A stretch of 64,000 nt of DNA from NCBI GenBank assembly GCA_951406725.2, contig OX597832.1, positions 53,010,001-53,074,000 of the forward strand. Reading direction: 5' to 3'. The DNA is from Octopus vulgaris. Taxonomy: Eukaryota. A program made the position numbers and the translations under genes. The notes beneath the pieces were generated by a model. It was not told the origin of the DNA. It saw only the letters and a program-made list of their open reading frames with translations, and ran no database searches. Positions within the stretch are counted from its first letter, which is position 1, and each line of letters starts with the position of its first letter. Shown one piece after another: positions 39,211-49,512 of the stretch.

Positions 39211-39228
39211 ATCCCTATGGAAATCCAG
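39211..39228 (+). CDS. Pro/Tyr-rich, His-rich small protein, exon 2 (18-nt microexon, NPYGNP)
   Basis: Long polypyrimidine tract, then ttatag|ATCCCTATGGAAATCCAG|GTAAGT; phase 1-1. Confidence 0.75.
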
Positions 39229-40584
39229 GTAAGTACAATTATTCTCAACTTGTATTAGATAATCCCAACAAGGATTATTTAAATCTGAGGTACCCAGTTA
39301 TTTGTAAACTTGTTCAGAGAATGCTTCAACCTTGTTGAATTTCTGTTTATTTTTGACATTTTCTAAGGTCTCCAAACCTGTGTGTCACCTGGTATTATGG
39401 TTGCGAGTGAAGGAAGAATCGACAGGGAAAGAAAACATCTAACCTCTGTGGACAACTTGCTTCGGGACAGTGGAATGGCAAATGTTGAGGAATTAGGAGC
39501 ATGCATGGGGTACCATGACGGATGACATCATCATCATCATCATCACTTGCATAAATTCATTAAAGCATCCGGAAGGATGATCAAACTAACGAACTAACTG
39601 AATTATTTCATAATGTTATAAGCTGTAAATAATAATAATAATGAAATGATTGTATACAGTGCTCAGGTGCACCACAACTTGTCAAAAAGTGCACATAAAG
39701 TATATGCAGTAATGTACAAATGTCTGGGAAATGAACAGTGTATGAGTCAGATACATGCTTGCATGTGTATGGAGGGGGGAAAATCAGGTGTAGTATTGGT
39801 GAATCTCAGGAAGCATGGAAGTTTTGAAGGATGCAGTGCTCCGACAACTAACAACCGATGCCGGCAGTCTGTTCCATGCTTCAGCAACTCTTAGCGTGAT
39901 AAAATGTTTCCGAAAGTCGTGGGAGTTTCTGAAAGTAAAGACGCTGCAACGTACACTGAGGCAACATTGTCAGTGTTTTCTCACTTTTAATTCCTTTAAC
40001 CTGATAGGATCAGGTCAACAAACATCACCTTCAGATTGCCACCACACTTACATTGTCCTTGTCATGGAAGTTTCGAGAAAGAGGAATAAAAAGGAGGAAT
40101 ATAAAGAAGATTTCTTCATTGCTTTTCTGTGGGGGATTTTTTTGACAAAAATATCATGTTGGCTATAGTTAAAATGCAAGAGAGTTGGAAACACACACAC
40201 ACACTGGTACAGGCATAGTTGCATATATATATATATATATATATCACCGTGACCGACCAGGCCATCAGATGTTGTTACACATCGCTGGTCACAATGCGCT
40301 TCGCATTGTTTTAGCCTTCAAATGACGCCACCCCGCTGGCTAAGCGAGCAGGCCAACAGAAGAAAGAGTGAGGGAAAGTTGTGGCGAAAGAGTACAGTAG
40401 GGGTCGCCACCACCTCCTGCCGGAGCCTCGTGGAGCTTTAGGTGTTTTCGCTCAATAAACACTCACAACGCCCGGTCTGGGAATCAAAACCGCGAGTCTG
40501 CTGCCCTAACCACTAGGCCATTGCGCCTCCACATATATATATATATATATACTTTATTTAAAAGCAGCAGAAATTCAACAAAAG

Positions 40585-40677
40585 CTGTTACTCGGAGTTT
40601 CACGTTCCCGTTCGTCGGACAGTTTTTTTTTTGACAAAACTATCCGACGAACAGGAACGTGAAACTCCGAGTAACAG
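40585..40677. ncRNA. Inverted pair of hammerhead motifs (40585-40622 minus, intact; 40640-40677 plus, two substitutions) in foldback 40552-40710
   Basis: Minus: CUGU-CCGACGA-ACG-GGAA-CGU-GAAA-CUCCGAG-UA^ACAG. Confidence 0.72.
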
Positions 40678-40797
40678 CTTTTGTTGAATTTCTGCTGCTT
40701 TTAAATAAAGCATATTACTCTGCCTCTGGTATTTGAGTACTCTTTTTTCCACCTTATTTCACATTTATGAGTTTACTCCAGTATATATATATATATA

Positions 40798-40828
<31 letters not shown>

Positions 40829-41015
40829 CAATCAGTTCTAGTACTTTTCTGATAATTCTAAAGGATGAAGGGTAAAGTTGACCTCAATATGATTTACTGC
40901 CATTAAATGCGACACTAAAAAATTGGTAAAAAAAAAAAAACTATTAAATGTGATACAACATTAATAACATGCAACTTTTGCTTTGCTTTCTTTTTTTGTT
41001 TTTTTTTTTGTTCAG

Positions 41016-41119
41016 GAGGCCCTCCACCATCCGGAGCCTATCCTTACAGTGGACCATATTACCCACCCCAGCCATACCCACCACCAGCTCAGAGACCACC
41101 ACCAACCATTGTTGTAGAA
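41016..41119 (+). CDS. Pro/Tyr-rich, His-rich small protein, exon 3
   Basis: Poly-T tract + ttcag acceptor, GTAAGT donor; 104 nt, phase 1-0; GGPPPSGAYPYSGPYYPPQPYPPPAQRPPPTIVVE; GC-rich island in AT-rich surroundings. Confidence 0.85.
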
Positions 41120-41509
41120 GTAAGTGTATTTGACAAATTTTTACTTCAGACATTTCTTACGAGTTTTAACATGTAATAGGAATTAGGATAGAGATAACTT
41201 TATATACATATGTATATATACTGTGTGTGTATATATATATATACAATACACATAAAGGGTGAAATATAATTAATTTAATAAAATTAATAAATTTCACCTA
41301 GTAGTTTTTTCGGTATGGAAATGACCATATTTGGTAAGGATTATATTAATTATAATAAAGGGTGAGCAACTTGTTGCAATTAACCCTTTATTATAATAAA
41401 TATATATATATATATATATAGGGAGAATTCACAAAAAAACAAAAGACGAAGGCATGTGGTGTAGACAACAAACAGATGTATTAGTATAATGCTCAGGAAG
41501 TGAAAAAGT

Positions 41510-41545
41510 CTTTAACGTTTCGAGCCTATGCTCTTCTACAGAAAG
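41510..41545 (-). ncRNA. Minimal hammerhead-like motif with CUGUAGA core variant
   Basis: CUUU-CUGUAGA-A-GAGC-AUAG-GCUC-GAAA-CG-UU^AAAG; the conserved A6 is replaced by U. Confidence 0.5.
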
Positions 41546-41832
41546 GGACACAGAAAGAAACAAGGAGAGAAAATAAAGAATGTGTAGTGGTTAGCAATCT
41601 ATCATGGCAAATCAAGCCTTTCATGATATCCTTAAAGCCAGGAGCTTTTCAGCACCCCGTCATGTATATATATATCATCATCATTTAACGTCCGCTTTCC
41701 ATGCTGGCATGGGTTGGACGATTTGACTGAGGACTGGCGTCCAATCTTGATCTGGCAGAGTTTCTACAGCTGGATGCCCTCCCTAAGAGTGTAGTGGGTG
41801 CTTTTACATGCCATATATATATATAATAACTT

Positions 41833-41930
<98 letters not shown>

Positions 41931-42111
41931 AATGGAGAAGTTATACAAAATGTATAAGTGGATGATGAGTAAAGCACCATCACGGTTTCGATTACCTGTT
42001 ATTATCCGTAGATTGCAGGAACTTCATAGTGGCGGATGAGGTAACAGTATTATTTTTTCCATCTATTTTATGAATACTATATATATATATATATATTTTA
42101 TTTTATAGAAG

Positions 42112-42219
42112 GAGCTTCTACAGGACTAGAACTGTTTCATTCAAATGAAATCATCAGGAAGCTCCTGAGCTTCCTGATGATTTCATTTGAATGAAACAGT
42201 TCTAGTCCTGTAGAAGCTC
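42112..42219. ncRNA. Perfect inverted pair of type I hammerheads (42112-42164 minus, 42167-42219 plus)
   Basis: GAGCUUC-CUGAUGA-UUUCAUUUGAAU-GAA-ACAG-UUCUAGUC-CUGU-A^GAAGCUC; 7-bp stem I, 4-bp stem III, weak stem II. Confidence 0.78.
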
Positions 42220-42589
42220 CTTCTATAACATAAATTAATTTACTCTGCTATGTATTGAGTACCTTATTTACTGTGGTTAACCCCGACTCAACCCGGGACC
42301 TATATATATATATATACATGGTATATACACACACAAACATATATATATATATATATTGTCTATGAAAAACATCCATCCATAAGAAGTACACTCTAAGATA
42401 TAGAGCAGTATATATTAAAAATGGGGTCAGGCTGGTTTATGAGATTACCTTAGGTTTCCTGTCCGTAAAGGATTTAACTTTATGGTGTTAAAACCTTTAT
42501 GGACAGGAAACCTAAGGCAACCACCTAAACCGCCCTTCCCCATTTTTAATATATATAAATGTGTGTGTGTGTGTGTGTGTGTGTGTTTA

Positions 42590-42960
42590 TTTGTAAGCTT
42601 GGTACTTATTTTATTGGCCTCTTTTGCTGAACCGCTAAGTTACAGTGACATAAGCACTCCAACATCAGTTGTTAAGCGATGCTAGGGGGACAAACACACA
42701 CACATACACATATATACAACAGGCTTCTTTCAGTTTCCGTCTACCAAATCCACTCACAAGGCTTTGGTCGGCCCGGGGCTATAGCAGAAGACACTTGCCC
42801 AAGATGCCTCGCAGTGGGACTGAACCCGGAACCATGTGGTTGGTTAGCAAGCTACTTACCACACAGCCACTCCTGCACCTATACGACAGACTTCTTTCAG
42901 TTTCCGTCTACCTAATCCACTCACAAGGCTTTGGTTGGCCCAAGGCTTTAGTAGAAGACA
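42590..42960 (-). mobile_element. tRNA-derived SINE (family A) plus adjacent partial copy
   Basis: Family A sequence. Confidence 0.8.
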
Positions 42961-43828
42961 TACGTACGTTTAAATGCTAAAGGGTTCAATTTAGGGAGTT
43001 TGGTGACCATGAGTTTGGTGTTATATGATCATAAAGATTGTCTGACATCCATTTTTGGGTTATGTGGGCTTTGTGACAAGGTACTGGTCATGCTGAAAGA
43101 TGTTATGGCTTAACAACCATTTCCAGCACCTCAATGTATCCAGTAGCATTAATTCTGTCCCTGTGGAAAGATGTAGGGTGGTATAACATGATCTCCATTC
43201 CTCACCAATCTCAAAACTGTAACAGGATCTGGAATCGGTATCACTGAAGGGGGTGTCCGATCCGATCCCGTCACATTCAATTTAGTTAAATATAACAGAC
43301 GAAGTCAGGTTATCTGGGAAAGACAGCAAATTGTTGTTTATTACTTGTGCTGGTGTACGTATTTTCTGAGGGAGAACGACAGCCGAATCTTTGTACTGCT
43401 TCTTGTTGGTTGATTGAAGTGATTCGATGTGGTCCGTTGCTAAGCCGGTGTAGAGTTCTCAGAGACTACCAAATGCACGTCTGTTCACGAGGGCTGAAAA
43501 TGCCAGAGAGAATGAGTGAGTGGACTGTGCCTTAGGGGTCAGTTTCCCGCACATGCACTTGGGGAAGACTTCCGGTGGCCAACCTGAAGTAGTCCCATTC
43601 TGCACATGCGCGCTGAACCTTACACAGTAGCATCACTACAAAACCATCACAGTAGCAGGAAATTTAGTGCGCATCAGAAGTAAAGGATGCAACCATTAAT
43701 AGGAGATCAATATGTCTAGCAGTGGTATCAATCAATAGATTTAGAACCAATATCATCTGTTAGAACAAAAAGATTCAAAATTTACATTTCTTGATGTTGA
43801 CATTGTTTTTTTTTCTTAATAATTTCAG

Positions 43829-44029
43829 GAACATCACGAGGGTGTTGGCGGTGCCATCAAACATGCAGTACATGACATGATTTATGGTCATGACCATCAC
43901 CATGGAGGCCACCATGGACATCATGTTCACTATGACCATCACGATCATCATGGTCATCATGGTCATCATGGTCATCATTATGACCCTCATCATCATCATC
44001 ACGATTACCATCACCATGACCACTGCTAA
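43829..44029 (+). CDS. Pro/Tyr-rich, His-rich small protein, terminal exon 4
   Basis: tttcag acceptor, phase 0; EHHEGVGGAIKHAVHDMIYGHDHHHGGHHGHHVHYDHHDHHGHHGHHGHHYDPHHHHHDYHHHDHC*; mixed CAT/CAC codons; AATAAA signals downstream (~44105, ~44195, ~44443). Confidence 0.85.
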   Translation, partial: EHHEGVGGAIKHAVHDMIYGHDHHHGGHHGHHVHYDHHDHHGHHGHHGHHYDPHHHHHDYHHHDHC

Positions 44030-44531
44030 AACACTTCTTCAGTGTAACATTGAGGATGATAAAATTAAACCAATAATTGTTTCCCATTGTTATAATGACT
44101 TTATAATAAACCTTATAACAATATTATAATGTTATAAATATATTATAATGTTATTATGATAGCATTATAATAACATTATAAGAAAATTTTTATAATAAAT
44201 GAAGGATAACGTTTCTAAAAGTTATGCTGTATTCTTCATGGTCGCTGAAAACCTCTGTCAGACATTTGTAAACCATTCTAAAATGCTCATAGCAAGTTAC
44301 CAGAGATGGCCACATAAAGATTGTCATATGTTTATAATAAACCAGGAAGGCACCGTTTTCTCGGGTTCCTGAAAATTCAAAGTATAAAACATGCAAAGTA
44401 ACAACCAATTGTTCAATAATACTTATTAAAATATTTCCAATCAATAAAAATAAACTTTCATGACATTGAAAATTCTTTTTTGGATCATTAACTGGAATAT
44501 TCAATATTGGTAACAAATTACTTTACATATA

Positions 44532-45203
44532 TCTATATATATAAAAGAGAAGTTGTGTGGTGTCTGTCTCCTACGATTTAGATTCCTAACTACTCCCACA
44601 TTTTGCGGTGCAGTTTAACCAAAAGCGGGTATCTTATAGTCATGATTCATATCGAGCCCTTCTGGGTATAAGTGCGCATCTACGATGAGTCTACGATTTA
44701 AAAAAAAATTTACCATAATTTTTTTCCATTTTTTGCTATTATATAAGGGAAGTAACTCTCTAAAAATGCTTATATAGTTATTTCCCTTACAAACCCGAGC
44801 AATGCCGGGCGATACTGCTAGTCTATATATATAAAACTGAAGTTGTGTGGTGTCTGTCTCCTACGATTTAGATTCCTAACTACTCCCACATTTTGCGGTG
44901 CAGTTTAACCAAAAAAGGGTATCTTATAGCCGTGATTCATATCGAGCCCTTCTGGGTATTAGCACGCGTCTACGATGAGTCTACGATTTAAAAAAAAATT
45001 TACCATCATTTTTTTCCATTTTTAATGCATCTTTTTTGCTATTGTATAAGGGAAGTAACTCTCTAAAAATGTCTACAATGAGTCTACAATTTAAAAAAAA
45101 ATTTACCATAATTTTTTTCCATTTTTAATGCATTTTTGCTATTATATAAGGGAAGTAACTCTCTAAAAATGCTTATATAGTTATTTCCGGGCGATACTGC
45201 TAG
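44532..45203 (+). mobile_element. Two head-to-tail non-autonomous Helitrons (44532-44821, 44822-45203)
   Basis: Each begins TCTATATATATAAAA and ends CCGGGCGATACTGCTAG; junction CTAG|TC; outer flanks A and T. Confidence 0.85.
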
Positions 45204-47910
45204 TTTCTCATAAACCGATAAAGAAATCTCTAAAAGATCACTTGACTTGCAAGAAAATACAGCCAAATCTTTTTTAAAAAATCTCCCTCCACTATCAATT
45301 TCACTTTTTTGCATTCAGATACATTCTTATTTCTTTATTGCCCACAAGGGGCTAAACATAGAGGGGACAAACAAGGACAGACAAACGGATTATGTCGATT
45401 ACATCGACCCCAGTGCGTAACTGGTACTTAATTTATCAATCCAAAAGGATGAAAGGCAAAGTCGACCTCAGCAGAATTTGAACTCAGAATGTAAAAACAG
45501 ATGAAATACCGCTTAGCATTTTGCCAGGCATGCTGACATTTCTGCCAGCTTGCCGCCTTTGGGAAATATATTTTTTTCCTACTCTAGATACAAGGCCTGA
45601 AGTTTGGGGGAAGGGGGCCAGTCGATTAGATTGACCCCAGTGCGCAACTGGTACTTAATTTATTGACCCCTCCCCAAAAGAATGAAAGGCAAAGTCAAAC
45701 TCAGCAGAATTTGAACTCAGAACGTATGCTAATGTTTCTACCAACTTACCACCTACAAAATATATTATTATACACTAATATACATTATTTGTGGAGGCAC
45801 ATGGCCTAGTGGTTAGAGCAGTGGGATCACAGGTTCGAATCTCAGACCGGGCGATGTGTGTGTTTATGAGGAAAACATCTAAGCTCCATGCAGCTCGGGC
45901 AGAAGGTAATGGCGAACTTCCGCTGACTCTTTCGCCACAACTTTCTCTCACTCTTTCCTCCTGCAGCTTGCAGCTCACCTGCGATGGACTGGCGTCCCAT
46001 CCAGGTGGGGAACCTATACGCCAAGGAAACCAACCCATTATGAGCCAGGTATGGCTCCAGAAGGAACAAACAATATATATTATTTACAATGGACGGACAG
46101 GTATACCCTGATATATTTCAGACTCATGCCTTCTATCTTGGTTGTTTTAGTCATTCTATCCTCCACCATTTTTCAAGAATTATCAGGATTATATAGTAAT
46201 ATTAAGACATGGTAGAACCATTAACATGCCAGGCAAAATGCTTATCAGCATTTCATCCATCTTCACATTTCAAGTTCAAATTTTGCCAAGGTCAACTTTG
46301 CCGTCCATCCTTTCAGCATCCATAAAATAGTACTAGTAAAATACTGGGGTTAATGTAATAGACTTACTACATCCCATGAAACTGCTGGCCTTGTGCCAGA
46401 ACTTGAAATCAATATTATATAGCAATATATTCATTGTACCCCAAGGCAGAATCATCAGCTCGTTGGAGGAAATGCTTAGTGGTATTTCATCTGCCACTAC
46501 GTTCTGAGTTCAAATTCCACCGAGGTCAACTTTGCCTTTCATCCTTTTGGGGTCAATTAAATAAGTACCAGTTACGCACTGGGGTCGATATAATCGACTT
46601 AATCTGTTTGTCCCCTCTGTGTGTCGTAAAGAAGTAGGTGTTTTGTCTGCCTCAATGTTCTGAGTTCAATTTTGCCTTTCATCCTTTTGGAATCAATAAA
46701 TTAAATACCAGTAAAACACTTGTGGGGGGTCAATGTAATCGATTAGTCCCTTCCTACAAAATTTCAGGCCTCATGCCTTAAGTAAAAAGCATTATTACAT
46801 ATTGATATATTCAGACTAATCTTGGCTTGTTATAGCCATTCTACCTTTAGGTCTTCGTCTGGTCACTGACATATTTAGTAACATTCTTGGAATTTTGAAC
46901 TGATTTCTTTATTCAAGACACAAACGAAGATGATTCTTATTCCATGCCGAGAATATTCTTGTACACATGATGCTGTTTGCTTCTTCCACTTGAACCAGAA
47001 CATATAGATATACAGAGTATGCCTATATACCAATATACACTCTGGTATATTTGCACATACTAAGTGCATGTATATAAAAAGGGTTAACATAATTAAATGA
47101 AGGGAATGGCTTCAAACGTAACATCATCATCGTTTAACGTCCGCTTTCCATGCTAGCATGGGTTGGACGGTTCAACTGGGGTCTGGGAAGCCTGCACCAG
47201 GCCAGTCAGATCTGGCGGTGTTTCTACAGCTGGATGCCCTTCCTAACGCCAACATTTTTTAATATTCTTTCTATCTTCACAATGATATGCCATGACTGTC
47301 TCCCACCTTCCATTAACACTGTCAGGTCCTCAGTTTTTGGTTGTGTATCTCAACCAATAACACTAATTTAATTCAGTAGTTTTTGTCCTTTATTAGTTTG
47401 TGGAAGTTTCCAAAATCCAGTATCTGATACATCCTGTAATGGTGTTAGCTGTTTAGGGTGGTTTATGTATATGCTGGGCCTACAAAAGATATTTTCAGTG
47501 CCCAGTAAATGCACTGTGTCAGTTGAGGAAAGTTTGGAGCATTGTTGAAAGAAAGACCAATCTACTACCTCACAATACTATAGCTTCTCTGAAGACCACT
47601 ATTGTCCAAGTGATGTCATAAATGAACAAGGGCCATTTAATGCAAGCATGTCTACTGTGTTGCAGAAAGCCAAGATAAGCAGTAATTTAAGCTTCATGGA
47701 TCAAGGTGCACAAATCTCGAACATCACTGAGAAATCAGTGAAGAGATTAGAAAAGGTGTTTCCTTGCAGTTTGAAAGACAAAGTACCCATCCGTGTGACC
47801 AACCAAGAACTGGAAGAAGCTGCAGAAGACAAATCCTGGCAAGTTTAAGCCTTTGATTTACTAGCAAGAAACCCTCCCATACATTCTCTGAATAATCTTA
47901 GTATATGAGT

Positions 47911-47983
47911 GGTTTCGTGGTGTAGTGATTATCACGTCTGCTTTACACGCAGAAGACCGCGAGTTCGAACCTCGCCGGAACCT
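47911..47983 (+). tRNA. tRNA-Val(TAC), possibly a variant or pseudogene
   Basis: Acceptor GGTTTCG/CGGAACC; anticodon arm TCTGC-TTTACAC-GCAGA; T arm GCGAG-TTCGAAC-CTCGC; poly-T terminator ~7 nt downstream. Confidence 0.88.
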
Positions 47984-47996
47984 ATTTAGTTTTTAA

Positions 47997-48364
47997 GGCA
48001 CAGGAGTGGCTGTGTGGTAACTAGCTTCCTTACGAACCACATGGTTCCGGGTTCAGTCCCACTGCGTGGCACCTTGGGCAAGTGTCTTCTACTAGAGCCT
48101 CGGGCTGACCAAAGCCTTGTGAGTGGATTTGGTAGACGGAAACTGAAAGAAGCCTGTCATATATATATGTGTGTTTGTCCCCCGCCAACATCGCTTGACA
48201 ACCGATGCTGGTGTGTTTATGTCCCCATAATATAGCAGTTCAGCAAAAGAAACCGATAGAATAAGTACTAGGCTTACAAAGAAAAAGTCCTGGAGTTGAT
48301 TTGCTTGACTAAAGGCGGTACTCCAACATGGCCACAGCCAAATGACTGAAACAAGTAAAAGAGT
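47997..48364 (+). mobile_element. Full-length tRNA-derived SINE (family A)
   Basis: Family A head through tail, starting right after the tRNA terminator. Confidence 0.85.
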
Positions 48365-48944
48365 ATATGAAGTCCTGATATCCATATTTAGCCTTAGAGA
48401 CTGAGCAGCATTGACCCACGTGGACAAAACAGATAAGGCCTCCTCATCAGCAGCTTGAAGGAATTTGTGGTAACCAGTACTGAGAAGGTGCTAGTAATAC
48501 TGAGCCCCGTGATCCCTAAATCTCTCAGGCTAGTATAGAGGTCAGGGGAAATTGTTCAGGCTGCAGCGACAGTACTGGTGGGTACTGTACCTTGTGGTTA
48601 AGGAAAGGGTGACCTGGGTAGCAGAACATCTTACAATGATAAGGACAGGAGGTCGTTGATCCAGAATCAAGTATGAGTTGGTGTCAACTGACGATGAATG
48701 AACCAAGTGTTGGAATGCAGCACCAGGAAGACTGGATAAAATGAGAGAAATGGTGGCTCACTAAATCTCATGGTCTGAGTTCCAGATTCAGAGAGTCTGA
48801 GATTCTATTGAGCCCCTCCAACTTGTTCTACTGGGGCAAGATCACTGACATGCCTTCTGCACCCTTGAATGCATTCTCAGCAATTGTCCTAAATGTCATT
48901 GCCATTCTGAAGGCTGTAACAGACACTGTCTACAGTGACATATG

Positions 48945-49512
48945 GTTTCTGATTACAAATATCTTGGGTCATACATATCATCATCTGGAAAAGATTTTCT
49001 AACTAGAAAGGGTATGGCCTGGTCAGCCTGTTATGACATGCATAAGATCTGGTCATCAAATCTAAGTAGAGACTTCAAACTTGAAATCTTCAAAGCCACA
49101 GTCAAACCAATTCTACTATATGGCTCAGAAAACCTGGACGTTATCAAAGAAGCTTGAGAGGCGGTTGGATGGAACCTACACTCGCCTCCTTATGAGAGCT
49201 CAAAATCTATCGTGGAAGCGTCATCCAACCAAAATGCAAATATATGCGAAACTACCAACCTGTGTCATCTCTTGTGAAAGGTAGGAGAGTCCAGTTTGCT
49301 GGACATTGGTTGTAGAGCTGAAAACGAGGCAATTTCTACTCTTCTCCTCTGGAAGCCATCTACTCGCAATACCAGAGGGCGCACACTCTCCTACCCTGAT
49401 GTAATCTCCAGGGATACAGGCATCCAGCAACAGGAACTCCATAATGCTATGATGGACCGCGAAGTCTGGTAAATTCCATTGTCTCAACCACGGTCGAACA
49501 ATGATGATGATG
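48945..49512 (+). mobile_element. RTE-clade LINE 3' fragment, frameshifted
   Basis: DYKYLGSYI...AWSAC..MHKIWSS...LEIFKATVKPILLYGSE..WTL...YTRLLMRAQN plus (GAT)n tail. Confidence 0.88.

Noticed and set aside
41975-42045. Hammerhead-like remnant on the minus strand (CUAUGA...CGAAACCG)
   Set aside because: The core lacks G5 and the cleavage triplet is not NUH; too degenerate to call
43218-43626. Possible solo LTR (TGT...ACA, GC-richer)
   Set aside because: No TSD and no second copy in the window
43775-44129. Met/Thr/Ile-rich and Asp/His-rich ORFs in the ORF track
   Set aside because: Alternative frames and antisense shadows of the His-rich exon; only the 43829 frame has a fitting acceptor and phase
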